A stretch of DNA of 64,000 nucleotides from Minisyncoccota bacterium (GTDB lineage Bacteria > Patescibacteriota > Minisyncoccia > Phycocordibacterales > PALSA-1337): NCBI GenBank assembly GCA_028713005.1, contig JAQTPC010000003.1, forward strand, positions 13,022 to 77,021. Reading direction: 5' to 3'. The notes below the pieces were generated by a model. The model was not told where the DNA came from. It ran no database searches and saw nothing but the letters and a program-made list of their open reading frames with translations. Below are positions 38,345-47,648 of the stretch, in pieces; position 1 is the stretch's first letter, and each line of letters starts with the position of its first letter. A program made the translations under genes and the position numbers.

Positions 38345-39154
38345 CTACATGCACTGATAGTAACGTGCGTAGTCACCATTTATCATACGTACCCATTTTG
38401 AACCATCCCAACGGTACTTATAGTTTTCTGGAGAACCCATACCATTTGTATGAGATGAACCATTTATATACTGGTGATTTGGAACTGCCTTACACCATTG
38501 TGTCGCTGATACATCATCATTAGCGGGAGCAAGTCCAGCGTCCCACATTGAACTATATATACGTGGATTGTAGTACGTCGAGTAATCAGGCTGAAGATCC
38601 CAACTGACAGACGCAAACTCTGCGAGTGGAATTAATGCCGGTGAGGGATTCTCGAGATTTACGGTGTAACTTGGTCCATCGACTTTTGTATTGCCGTACA
38701 TAACTCCAACGGTGAAGATGCCTGATCCGAGATATGGAACCAATACATCAATCTGATTTGGACTCAAAGAAACTGTTTGGGCTGTTTTAAAGAAATCTTG
38801 ACCAGTAACTGTTTTGATAAAGAAATACACGACTGTACCTGGAACAAAACCACTTCCCCGAACAGTGAGGGGCGTATTTTCTTTACTCAATCCTGTTGTT
38901 GAAGATATAGAGTCGACAGTCATGTGAGGTGCAGGAGCTGATTGTTGCTGTACTACGGCAGTTGGATACTGATACCCCTGATAATATCCCCTTTGTGCTT
39001 GTTGAGATGAAACATTCTGTGTTGTGATTGGAGTAGGCATGAGAAGCGCATTCTTTCTCACATTCTTTTGATGAACATAGATGAGAGGTAACAATACTGC
39101 CAATATGACACCTACCACACTAAAGAATATGATGACGGTGCGGTTTGGATTCAT
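38345..39154 (-). CDS. Membrane-anchored protein with IPT/TIG-like domain
   Basis: N-terminal TM helix; LTVRGSGF. Confidence 0.7.
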   Translation of the reverse strand: MNPNRTVIIFFSVVGVILAVLLPLIYVHQKNVRKNALLMPTPITTQNVSSQQAQRGYYQGYQYPTAVVQQQSAPAPHMTVDSISSTTGLSKENTPLTVRGSGFVPGTVVYFFIKTVTGQDFFKTAQTVSLSPNQIDVLVPYLGSGIFTVGVMYGNTKVDGPSYTVNLENPSPALIPLAEFASVSWDLQPDYSTYYNPRIYSSMWDAGLAPANDDVSATQWCKAVPNHQYINGSSHTNGMGSPENYKYRWDGSKWVRMINGDYARYYQCM

Positions 39155-39160
39155 GTGTTT

Positions 39161-39682
39161 TTAGAAAAGAAAAGCTGAAAAGAAGAAGTAGATACCAGCA
39201 AGAACAAGCAAAACTATGAGCGGGCCAGGTGAATTGACGTCCTTTTTGTGAAGAATTGGACTATTTTCACGATCGAGACAGGTGAGCACTATGAGGAATG
39301 AGCTGAAGGCAAGGATAGCTACTGAACCGAGTGACTTGTAGAGTACGCTATGATCACTAAATGCATCCCAGATGGTAAGTACGCCGAGGATAGCGAGAAT
39401 AGATAAAGAGATAATAAGAACAGTGAGAATGATCTGACGAATACTTCTGAAAGATGGGTCTGGTGCCTGTGGGACGGGGATCACTCCTTCTTGCTGATGA
39501 TTGAGGAATTTTCCTGCAACGATAATGATAATGGAAACGATAGCGAGCAAACCGAGTGTCTGAGTCGACTTCAAGATCACATCTCCACCAAATACGTTCC
39601 AAACACCGAGAACTGAGATACCTGTCAGGATAATAATAGCGCCAATAAAGATAAAGGCGGTTATGTTTTGAATGTTTTTCAT
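39161..39682 (-). CDS. Membrane protein with internal duplication
   Basis: SVLGVWNVF..DVILKS / GVLTIWDAF..SVLYKS repeated TM pairs. Confidence 0.75.
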   Translation of the reverse strand: MKNIQNITAFIFIGAIIILTGISVLGVWNVFGGDVILKSTQTLGLLAIVSIIIIVAGKFLNHQQEGVIPVPQAPDPSFRSIRQIILTVLIISLSILAILGVLTIWDAFSDHSVLYKSLGSVAILAFSSFLIVLTCLDRENSPILHKKDVNSPGPLIVLLVLAGIYFFFSAFLF

Positions 39683-39762
39683 ATGGGTCAAGTATACCAA
39701 AATTTTAGTTAAAAAAATCCCCACACATGGTGCGGGGATTAAATTGTCTGCACTAATTACTT

Positions 39763-40296
39763 TTACCTCCCGAAAATAAAAAGAGTGTCGGGTGGTAATG
39801 TTGGAACTACTTTAGAATACACGTCCCAACCAAGCAATGTCGGTTTACCGAGGAAGTGATCGAATCTAAACACTGTCTGCCTTTCCTGTTTTTTTTCAAG
39901 TGAGACAGAAACACTAACAGATGCAACAAAAAACGAAAGCTCTTCAGTCAGTTCGCCTGTTTGTATCATTAGTTGTGGTCCAGCCTCCAGAGGAAGCATT
40001 TTCAGACCAAACAAAGGAGTTTGTGCTGTCAAAAGGACTTCATGATACATCGGCCAGTTCATGTATTCTTTCTTAAATCCGAGCTCGCCTATTGGAATTG
40101 CCACAAGTTCAATCTCGGTCTCCACCGGACTGATCATAGCTGCAAACTCCTGACACTGAAGCACGGCACTTGCCCACTGCTCACATTCTTTACCTGATTT
40201 TTTGATAGCTGATTGAAAGTCATCAGCCGTTTTTAAACCTGTCCCCACTTTTATTTTATGAGGAATAAGATTTGCGTATGTTTTTTGTTTTTTCAT
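39763..40296 (-). CDS. Hypothetical protein
   Basis: 177 aa from MKKQK; ELGF...GL...P.EAGPQL motif. Confidence 0.65.
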   Translation of the reverse strand: MKKQKTYANLIPHKIKVGTGLKTADDFQSAIKKSGKECEQWASAVLQCQEFAAMISPVETEIELVAIPIGELGFKKEYMNWPMYHEVLLTAQTPLFGLKMLPLEAGPQLMIQTGELTEELSFFVASVSVSVSLEKKQERQTVFRFDHFLGKPTLLGWDVYSKVVPTLPPDTLFIFGR

Positions 40297-40514
40297 TTTA
40301 TTCAATGATTTGAATTTCGTCCCTTTGGGGGAAGAAAACAACAAAAAATATCGCTACAGGCGATACATCTTCCAGGTTTCAAAGGGCTCTTATTTTATAT
40401 AATAACATGAAATATGGATAAAAGCAATAGTACAAAACTGTCGTGTTTATTTGAATAAATCTAATTTATGTGGTAATTTCCAACTAGAACAATAACAAAG
40501 AAAGGAGGCCTGCA

Positions 40515-40952
40515 ATGGTCTACACAACTAAATCTATCAAAAACCTATTCAATGGTGAGCCCTTTACGCTCGATGTTCCCCCTGAAAAGATGGCTCGCTT
40601 TGAAAAAGCGATGAAATACGCCGAGTCAGGTGGGCACATGTTCCATACCAAAGAAGCGTTCATCCGAATGTGGGAACTGTCACTCTTTCCGTCTTACCAG
40701 GAACTACTCAAAATCTGGTTTGACAATGGATACACCCCCGAGCTCATGGCACAAATCCTCAGAGATTTTGGGATCCCTAATGACTTTGCCCAAAAACTTC
40801 TCGAAGATGAAAGATTCATCGAAGGACTGAGGGGCTGGTTCGAAGGTATCACCTGCGACGGCGAGAGGGCATCAAGAACCCTAGGATGTGTCTATGACGC
40901 TATTGCCGGACACTTCTCAGTCAAGGAACATGCTTCGACGTGGATACACTAA
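40515..40952 (+). CDS. Hypothetical orphan protein
   Basis: GAAAGGAGG RBS; terminator 40958-40995. Confidence 0.7.
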   Translation: MVYTTKSIKNLFNGEPFTLDVPPEKMARFEKAMKYAESGGHMFHTKEAFIRMWELSLFPSYQELLKIWFDNGYTPELMAQILRDFGIPNDFAQKLLEDERFIEGLRGWFEGITCDGERASRTLGCVYDAIAGHFSVKEHASTWIH

Positions 40953-41068
40953 ACGCAACACCCGCAAAACCATTATTGGTCTTGCGGGTGTTTTTATTTT
41001 GCTTCGTGGGTCACTGTCCGATGATTAACACAAATTGCCACGAAGCAGGTATTTTCTGAGTAAGAACA

Positions 41069-41581
41069 CTACTCTTCATCTGGCACAAAATACAGCGCCA
41101 CGGAATTCATACAGAACCTCTTGCCTGTTGGCTGTGGTCCATCGTCAAAGACGTGTCCGAGGTGAGAGCCGCAGGTATCAAGCACTTCTACCCTGTCATC
41201 GAGCAAGTTCGTCTCCTTACGAAGCACAAGTGCATCAGGCGATATGGGAGCCCAGAAACTCGGCCAACCAGTACCTGAATCATACTTCTGTTCTGACCTG
41301 AAAATCGGCTTATCACAACCAACGCTGTAATATGTTCCTTTTCGTTTCTCATGATTGAGCGCTCCCGTGAAAGGCTGCTCCGTTCCCGCCTCTCTTAGAA
41401 CGTGATACTGCTCAGGCGTTAGAATTTCCCTCCAGTGATCCATTGCAACGCTCCTATTTGAGATTTCTTTTTGTCTGACAGTTCTGTTGTGTATATACAA
41501 AAAACTACCGCCAACAAGCAAGAGTAAAAGGATTGTAACGAACGTTTTCTTATAAGCGAAACGCTGCTGAGAATGATCCAT
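41069..41581 (-). CDS. msrB: Methionine-R-sulfoxide reductase with N-terminal TM helix
   Basis: GTEQPF, SGTGWPSF, HLGHVFDDGP, RFCMNS. Confidence 0.95.
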   Translation of the reverse strand: MDHSQQRFAYKKTFVTILLLLLVGGSFLYIHNRTVRQKEISNRSVAMDHWREILTPEQYHVLREAGTEQPFTGALNHEKRKGTYYSVGCDKPIFRSEQKYDSGTGWPSFWAPISPDALVLRKETNLLDDRVEVLDTCGSHLGHVFDDGPQPTGKRFCMNSVALYFVPDEE

Positions 41582-41589
41582 GATTATGA

Positions 41590-43329
41590 TTATCCAAACG
41601 TAAAGGTAAATGCGCTCAACCCGGCTTTTGGCACCACGATCTTAAGCGTATGCTTTCCATAATCTGTATCTTGAATAAGCGGATACAGCGTCTCGTCTTT
41701 GACATTTACTTTCTTTACGAAGGCGCCATCTTTATAGATTTCAATCTCGACGCCCTGTACTGATCCTGCAGTGATGTAAACATTCTTTGCCTCATAATTG
41801 AAAATGATACTTCCTGCGCTTTTACTTTCTGCATACTCAGTAGTCATGCTCCAGGTTCCTCCGAGATAAAGCATATTGGGCACTACCGTTGCAGGGATTG
41901 AAAGGGTTTGTTCACCTGCAAGCCTCGAAATGCCGTTCGCAAGGTATATATTTCGTGCTGAGCCAAAATACGTCTCAGGACTTTTGACTTTGCTTGAATC
42001 AACCGAAACAACATCAAGCGGCTTGCTTGTAGTTGTAGACACCTTGTCTTCCATGCCCATGCGAGCTGCGCGTTCTTTGAGAGCATTTTGAATGGCTTTT
42101 TCTGTTTCATCATACGACCCTTCACCGATATGGTCATAGACTATGTATCCGTCGATATCGACGAGATATTTACGTGGCCAAAACTGATTGCCAAGCGCAT
42201 TCCATGTTGAGTAATCATTATCAAGCACGACTGGATACTTGATACCAAATTTTTCCACGGCTGTTTCAACATTTGACTGCAACTTTTCAAAGGCGAATTC
42301 GGGAGTATGAAGTCCGACAACAACAAGTCCTTGATCCTTATATTTGGCATACCATTCGTTTACGTACGGCAGTGTTCTCTGGCAGTTGATGCAGCTATAC
42401 GTCCAGATATCGAGAAGCACCACCTTCCCTTTGAGCTCCGCAAGCGTGATCGGCTTTCCGTCTGTATTGATGTAACCGTCGATCGTGCTGAGTTCAGGAA
42501 CTTTTTTATACATCGACTGTTTTTGTTGCATGCTGAGATATATGCCTGAATCTTTTTCTACCACGCTTTGTTTTGAAGGCGCATCCTGCGTCGCAGCATT
42601 GTTTTGCAAAAGTTTCTGCTCGATTTGAGTAACATCAAAGAAACCTGACTCAAGAAGAAACAGCTGGGTTTTCTTGTCCAATCCGCCGATGATAGCGATA
42701 CCGACGATAAGGAAGATGATACCGAGGGTTTTTTTGAACCACCCCTTTGGATCAGCTACAACACCGAGCTTATCCATGATCTTTTGTCCAACAATCGATA
42801 CGATGAAGAGCGAGAGGCATAAGCCGATGGTATAGGCGAACAAGTAGGTAAGCCCGAGAAAAAAGTTGACCGGCAACACTGTTGCCAAGACAATGAAGTA
42901 TGTAGGGCTGCATGTCGAGAATACGGGACCAAGCGATGCGCCGATGATTACATCCCCCATTACATTTTTCTTCTGATACCCCTTACCCATCAACATATTT
43001 GATTTGGCACTGAGTCGTGCAAGAAACTTACTTTCCCAAAGAGAAGGAAAAAGAGTGACCAAACCAAAAAATATTATTATTCCCCCCGAAATCCACTTCC
43101 AAACATATTCGGGAATATCGATAAAGAGCGTGCTCGCCTTGAGAAGTAGGGTGAATAGAATAACTGAAATACCGAGCGAAAGAATAATTGTAAAGGCTTT
43201 TCTTTTATTAAATCCACTCGTTCCCTCACCTGAAAGTGTTCCACCTACGATTACGGGAAGAAGCGGCAAAATACAGGGCGCAAGCACGGTAAGAACACCC
43301 GCAACAAATGAGATGAAAAGGAGAAACAT
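41590..43329 (-). CDS. dipZ: DipZ-type CcdA plus thioredoxin fusion
   Basis: LAPCILPLLP, TCSP, WTYSCINC, HTPEF, SPETYFG. Confidence 0.88.
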   Translation of the reverse strand: MFLLFISFVAGVLTVLAPCILPLLPVIVGGTLSGEGTSGFNKRKAFTIILSLGISVILFTLLLKASTLFIDIPEYVWKWISGGIIIFFGLVTLFPSLWESKFLARLSAKSNMLMGKGYQKKNVMGDVIIGASLGPVFSTCSPTYFIVLATVLPVNFFLGLTYLFAYTIGLCLSLFIVSIVGQKIMDKLGVVADPKGWFKKTLGIIFLIVGIAIIGGLDKKTQLFLLESGFFDVTQIEQKLLQNNAATQDAPSKQSVVEKDSGIYLSMQQKQSMYKKVPELSTIDGYINTDGKPITLAELKGKVVLLDIWTYSCINCQRTLPYVNEWYAKYKDQGLVVVGLHTPEFAFEKLQSNVETAVEKFGIKYPVVLDNDYSTWNALGNQFWPRKYLVDIDGYIVYDHIGEGSYDETEKAIQNALKERAARMGMEDKVSTTTSKPLDVVSVDSSKVKSPETYFGSARNIYLANGISRLAGEQTLSIPATVVPNMLYLGGTWSMTTEYAESKSAGSIIFNYEAKNVYITAGSVQGVEIEIYKDGAFVKKVNVKDETLYPLIQDTDYGKHTLKIVVPKAGLSAFTFTFG

Positions 43330-43330
43330 A

Positions 43331-43807
43331 TTATTGTACTTGAGATACGATCGCAGAGAGTGTTGGGCTCGCACTCCATTTTTTAATTAGGTTTCCATCT
43401 TTATCTACCTGCACAAAGGTATGCTGATACGTAACCCCATACTTTTGTTTGAGCGCGGTTGAATCATCATAATTCACATCGAGAATAGAGAGACTTGAGG
43501 GAATCTTCGAAAGGTTTACTTTGATATCAGCGTCAACTGCTCGACAGGTCGGACACCATCCTGCTCGGAAAAAGAGAACTACATCGTGAGTGCTTGATGC
43601 GAGCATCACCTTTTCTGGTGCGTATGCCTCGTATGAGCCGACCTTCATCATAGTGTCACTTTTCGTTGTATCGGCTTTCATCATGGTAGTATCCTCAACC
43701 TTATTCTGTATCATTGCATCATCCTTATTACTCATCGATACATATACCCCGATGATAATCACAACCACTCCTATGATCCCAAAAATAATTCCTGTAGTTT
43801 TTTTCAT
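43331..43807 (-). CDS. Exported thioredoxin-like protein with Met-rich linker
   Basis: WCPTC, YGVTYQHT. Confidence 0.88.
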   Translation of the reverse strand: MKKTTGIIFGIIGVVVIIIGVYVSMSNKDDAMIQNKVEDTTMMKADTTKSDTMMKVGSYEAYAPEKVMLASSTHDVVLFFRAGWCPTCRAVDADIKVNLSKIPSSLSILDVNYDDSTALKQKYGVTYQHTFVQVDKDGNLIKKWSASPTLSAIVSQVQ

Positions 43808-43843
43808 ATAATTATGCGATCTATTAATTTATATAATGTACTT

Positions 43844-43883
43844 ATTATATACAATACAAAATAGCATGTAAAGTCTACTTTAC
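43844..43883 (-). promoter_or_regulatory. Promoter TTTACA-17-TATAAT with operator GTAAAG-N4-CTTTAC over the -35
   Basis: Palindrome gtaaagtctactttac at 43868-43883; same arrangement at 44537. Confidence 0.7.
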
Positions 43884-43918
43884 ATGCTATTTTGGCCTAC
43901 AGTTGAAAATTCTCACTA

Positions 43919-44293
43919 TTAAAGGTTTTTATCGCTCCAGATGCGGGTCCCAATCTTGGTCACCACCATCACAATGAGCGCCACTACTAGCCACTCATCG
44001 ACTGCATGAGAATAACCTTGAACCATAATGCCGAAAATAAGGATGGCTGATCCTGCAAGGAACGCATTGCGACCGGCGAGAGTCCGATGCTGATCGTCTC
44101 GTTCATCAATAGTTTTTTCTCTTAAGATAAAGCTAGCGAATACAGCAAAGAGAACGAGAATAGCCGCAAGCATACTCATCACCATCATATCTGGCATCCA
44201 AAAATGAAAAGGATTCAAAAGCAATATCGCTGTGACGATAAGGCCGAGGGTAACGATTGATTCGCCGATTATTTCTTTTAGATTATTTTTCAT
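43919..44293 (-). CDS. Membrane protein (DUF2178-like, DERD motif)
   Basis: 4 TM helices, IDERD; overlaps XRE gene. Confidence 0.75.
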   Translation of the reverse strand: MKNNLKEIIGESIVTLGLIVTAILLLNPFHFWMPDMMVMSMLAAILVLFAVFASFILREKTIDERDDQHRTLAGRNAFLAGSAILIFGIMVQGYSHAVDEWLVVALIVMVVTKIGTRIWSDKNL

Positions 44294-44495
44294 AGGTGAT
44301 TTTAAATATTTTATCAACAGACAGTTCAAAAAAACCAGCAATCTTAAGGGCGAGCAAGATTGATGGGGTGTAATTGCCCTTTTCAAGAGCAATGATGGTC
44401 TGACGGCTGACATTAACTTTCGCCGCCAAATCTTCTTGTGTTACACCGCTTTCTACGCGAAGCTTACTGACTTCATTTTTAATATATTCTCTCAT
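44283..44495 (-). CDS. XRE-family HTH transcriptional regulator
   Basis: TQEDLA..V.VSRQTI..LEKG.Y.PS..LA.KIA. Confidence 0.93.
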   Translation of the reverse strand: MREYIKNEVSKLRVESGVTQEDLAAKVNVSRQTIIALEKGNYTPSILLALKIAGFFELSVDKIFKITYEK

Positions 44496-44512
44496 ATTTT
44501 TGTATCACTCGG

Positions 44513-44552
44513 ATTATATAGTGCGACATAAAGAATGTAAAGTTATCTTTAC
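44513..44552 (-). promoter_or_regulatory. Promoter TTTACA-17-TATAAT with operator GTAAAG-N4-CTTTAC
   Basis: gtaaagttatctttac at 44537-44552, upstream of the XRE gene. Confidence 0.7.
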
Positions 44553-44584
44553 TTATAGAAGTTTGGTTGCAATCTTATTTTATT

Positions 44585-44721
44585 GGGGTGGCTAGAGAGA
44601 ATCGAGTCCTACAGACTCAGTACAGGTTTCCCATTTTCTCAGAGCGAAGCTCTTCGAAAATATGGGAGAACCTTTTCGATTCTCTCACGCAAGCAAAATT
44701 GTTTGCTTGCTTAGCCACCCA
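44585..44721 (-). repeat. tRNA-His-derived inverted-repeat element
   Basis: Antisense copy of the tRNA 3' end split by a hairpin, two-hairpin core, then direct copy tcgattctctctagccaccc. Confidence 0.75.
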
Positions 44722-44727
44722 CAAATG

Positions 44728-44752
44728 AAAAAGCCCGCATACGCGGGTTTTT
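44728..44752 (-). terminator. Terminator after tRNA-His
   Basis: aaaaagcccgc-atac-gcgggttttt. Confidence 0.7.
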
Positions 44753-44758
44753 CTCGTG

Positions 44759-44830
44759 GGTGGCTAGAGAGAATCGAACTCTCGATATCGGCTCCACAAA
44801 CCGAAGTTTTACCACTAAACTATAGCCACC
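44759..44830 (-). tRNA. tRNA-His(GTG)
   Basis: G-1 plus GTGGCTA/TAGCCAC-C acceptor, TTGTGGA anticodon loop, TTCGATT T loop. Confidence 0.95.
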
Positions 44831-44857
44831 ATATTGCGAATCTATTCCCCGCCTCAA

Positions 44858-45415
44858 TTACTTATAACTTGGGGGTTGCTCAGTTATACCAGATTTATGG
44901 TTAGTAAGTCTAGCTAAAGCATAGAACAACGAAGAAAGTCGATTAAGGAATGCGAGCGTAGCAGGATCCAAAACGAACTCTCCCTTCTCTCCTCCAGCGA
45001 CCACACGACGCTCGGCTTTACGTGCAAGCGTGCGAGAAACATCAAACAACGCCGCAAGTTCAGTACCCCCTGAGATGAAAAATGTTTTTATGGGTGGTAA
45101 TTCTTTTTCAACCCAATCGATCCACTGCTCCATTTGAGTTACCTTACCCTGCCCTACCTTCATCTCTGCTCCAGCTACTTCTGCCTGGACAGTGAAAAGA
45201 TTGTTCTGAACCCAAAAGACAATATCAAATGGTTTTACTCCATCAACGGCCCAACCTGCTTCAACTGATTTCAATTTTGCTAGACCAAGAAATGCGCCAA
45301 GCTCATCGAGAGCACCGAGCGCTTCTGTCTGACAGGAACTTTTTGATTTACGTTCTCCTGGCTTGGATTTAAAATCCTTTGTCGTGCCAGCATCGCCTTT
45401 GCGGGTATAGAGCAT
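44858..45415 (-). CDS. PduO-type cob(I)alamin adenosyltransferase
   Basis: YTRKGDAGTT, G.LDEL, R...R.AER, LNRLS. Confidence 0.9.
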   Translation of the reverse strand: MLYTRKGDAGTTKDFKSKPGERKSKSSCQTEALGALDELGAFLGLAKLKSVEAGWAVDGVKPFDIVFWVQNNLFTVQAEVAGAEMKVGQGKVTQMEQWIDWVEKELPPIKTFFISGGTELAALFDVSRTLARKAERRVVAGGEKGEFVLDPATLAFLNRLSSLFYALARLTNHKSGITEQPPSYK

Positions 45416-45422
45416 GGTTTAA

Positions 45423-46082
45423 TTATATTAAAGAAATATATTTCATCGGATCTGGAAACCTTTTCTTGTTTTGTTCAATCTTATTTGGAGAACCGTATCC
45501 ATCTAGATTTGCCCACGAATTATTTTGATTTAACTCATTGAAATACTCGGTTGAAATCGTTTGTACGTGTAGATGAGGAAACCAGTTGCCATTATAAGGA
45601 GCTTTTCCTACACTTGCAAAGATAGTATTTTTTTTAAGAAAATCTCCAACTTTACAACCAATTTCTCTGTCGAGATGTGCGTAGACGACATAAATGTCAC
45701 TTTCCATATTTCTTAATATAACTCGTGGGCCCCAGCCTCCCTGCTCAGGATAGTCATCATCGATTCGAACAACCTCAGCACTAAAATCTGTCGCCACTTT
45801 TGTGCCTGGTGGCACATTAAGATCTACACCAAGATGTATATATGCCCTATCCTTATCAAGATAGCTTCCATGCCAAAGGAAACTACGATCCTCCATCCAT
45901 CCACCATATGAAAAAACCACATCATATTTTTTATGAACATCGTCAACCATTTCTTGGCAAATTGCAGGATCAAGAAGAGGATGATCTGTACTTGGAAAAA
46001 TCTTACCCTTGATCCAATCAATTGCCTCTGCATTGAGATTTACGCATTTAGTATTTATATTTTTGAGTTCAGGAAAAATCAT
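45423..46082 (-). CDS. Peptidase M23 family protein
   Basis: HLGVD, YAHL, NG.W.PHLH. Confidence 0.88.
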   Translation of the reverse strand: MIFPELKNINTKCVNLNAEAIDWIKGKIFPSTDHPLLDPAICQEMVDDVHKKYDVVFSYGGWMEDRSFLWHGSYLDKDRAYIHLGVDLNVPPGTKVATDFSAEVVRIDDDYPEQGGWGPRVILRNMESDIYVVYAHLDREIGCKVGDFLKKNTIFASVGKAPYNGNWFPHLHVQTISTEYFNELNQNNSWANLDGYGSPNKIEQNKKRFPDPMKYISLI

Positions 46083-46151
46083 ACACTAATTATAACAGGC
46101 GCACAGGCGCCTTGTATCCCAAATTACCTATTGTAACTAAACTAAACAATG

Positions 46152-46235
46152 TGCGCGGGAGAAGACTCGAACTTCCATGCCCAAATGGGCGCTACCACCT
46201 CAAGGTAGTGCGTCTACCAATTTCGCCACCCGCGC
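46152..46235 (-). tRNA. tRNA-Leu(GAG)
   Basis: GCGCGGG/CCCGCGC acceptor, TTGAGGT loop, long variable arm. Confidence 0.95.
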
Positions 46236-46310
46236 GAATTTTGCACTGCAAAATTCGGATCGAAAGACTTATTTTTTGGCAAAGCCCGGAAATAAGTTTT
46301 CGACCAGAAC
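46236..46310 (-). other. Conserved two-hairpin leader abutting tRNA-Leu 5' end
   Basis: Homologous to 50974-51045 with compensatory changes. Confidence 0.7.
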
Positions 46311-46415
46311 TTCTTTACTTACAAGGAACCTGCACACTATAGCTGAAACGAAGCTATTTATCAATAAAAAAGAGGGTTATTGCACCCTCTGTGAAAAAAA
46401 ACATGAGTTACCCCA

Positions 46416-46646
46416 TCAACAAGAGTGAAAACCCAAACCAGGCAAATTACCCTCGCCTTGAAACAAATCTTGGAACTCTTCGTGTGGAAGAACGATAGGT
46501 TTTGACAACTCTTCTTGACGCATTGGTTCAATTGCAGCAATAAGTTCTTTGACGCCACCTAAGGCGCCGCAATCTTCAGGCGAGACGTCCGATCCGCAAC
46601 GATGCGCAAGTATACACTTGGCACATATTGGTGATGTAGCATTCAT
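46416..46646 (-). CDS. Small Cys-motif protein (CxxC-x5-C-x8-C)
   Basis: CAKCILAHRCGSDVSPEDC; fills intergenic space. Confidence 0.55.
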   Translation of the reverse strand: MNATSPICAKCILAHRCGSDVSPEDCGALGGVKELIAAIEPMRQEELSKPIVLPHEEFQDLFQGEGNLPGLGFHSC

Positions 46647-46741
46647 AGTTTTTAAATAACCGCAGGTTTAATGTAACTATAGACCTCCCCCAATACAAAA
46701 ACAAGTCACCAAAGTGACTTGTTTTGATATTGAAAGTGAGA

Positions 46742-47200
46742 CTATTTTGCTTCCGCAACAACCTCTTCTTTTTCTCCAACCTTTGTTCCCTTCTTGACGA
46801 CATCTGTGGCAATGACTTCATCTGGGTATTTGGTATCCATAACCTTACGCATCTTCTTGCGAATCTCCTTTGCAGCCTGTTCACGAACGAAGTAGAGCTT
46901 TGCACGGCGAACCTTTGAACGACGGACGAGCTCAATCTCATCGATCATTGGTGAGTAGAGTGGAAAAATACGCTCTACACCGATACCGTCGATAACCTTG
47001 CGAACAGTGAAAGTAGCACCTGACTCACTGCCGTGCTTGTGTGACAAAACGAGACCTTCAAAAGCCTGGAGACGGAACTTACCCTTTGTTTCCTCAATCT
47101 TCTGCCAGACGCGGACGAGATCACCAGCGTGAATGTCGAGATTCTTGCGCGCTTCTGCGTTGATTGGGGTAACTATCTTAGTTGTTGCCTTGATTGACAT
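46742..47200 (-). CDS. rplS: 50S ribosomal protein L19
   Basis: GD.VRV, RLQAFEG, FTVRK...GVER.FP.YSP, VRRAKLY. Confidence 0.97.
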   Translation of the reverse strand: MSIKATTKIVTPINAEARKNLDIHAGDLVRVWQKIEETKGKFRLQAFEGLVLSHKHGSESGATFTVRKVIDGIGVERIFPLYSPMIDEIELVRRSKVRRAKLYFVREQAAKEIRKKMRKVMDTKYPDEVIATDVVKKGTKVGEKEEVVAEAK

Positions 47201-47297
47201 AGTGGAAAGAGCTTATCATATGGATAATAAATAATCAAGAATACAGCTCAATCTAAGACAGAAAAAGCCAGATCTGTCTGTCTGGCTTGAAACTAAA

Positions 47298-47513
47298 CTA
47301 GCGATACTCACCTTCCTTTGAATCCCATGGTGGCTCGGGATAATCAGGACGCTCCGTAAAAACAGCTTGGAGACGTAATCTCGGCCGACCCTCTGGAACA
47401 TCAAGAATATGCTTTTCTGCAGGTGGCTGCGCATGAGGAGGACAATGCTCAGTGATTTGAGTGCGGGTGCACGTAGAAAACTCCGGACATAGCTGACATA
47501 ATTTGGCGCTCAT
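47298..47513 (-). CDS. Small Cys-motif protein (CxxC-x5-C-x8-C)
   Basis: MSAKLCQLCPEFSTCTRTQITEHC; GAAAGG upstream. Confidence 0.55.
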   Translation of the reverse strand: MSAKLCQLCPEFSTCTRTQITEHCPPHAQPPAEKHILDVPEGRPRLRLQAVFTERPDYPEPPWDSKEGEYR

Positions 47514-47648
47514 AGAATACCTTTCAATAAAACTACCAGACCTAACTATAACTCCACCAGACTGCACCGCAATGCCCAACAGTGGATAAGAAAAAACACC
47601 AGTGAATGATCTGGCGCTTTTTCTGTTTACCGATTACTGTTTACTTCC

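Noticed and set aside
40319-40387. Hairpin in the 5' region of the 39763-40296 gene as a riboswitch
   Set aside because: Nested stems are visible, but it is single-copy with no recognisable aptamer motif
44585-44780. attL/attR of a prophage or island at tRNA-His
   Set aside because: The direct repeats are only ~170 bp apart with no integrase or cargo between them
44662-44904. 80-aa ORF over tRNA-His, and similar ORFs over other tRNAs (46112, 46177, 51102, 62967)
   Set aside because: Shadow ORFs across tRNA genes
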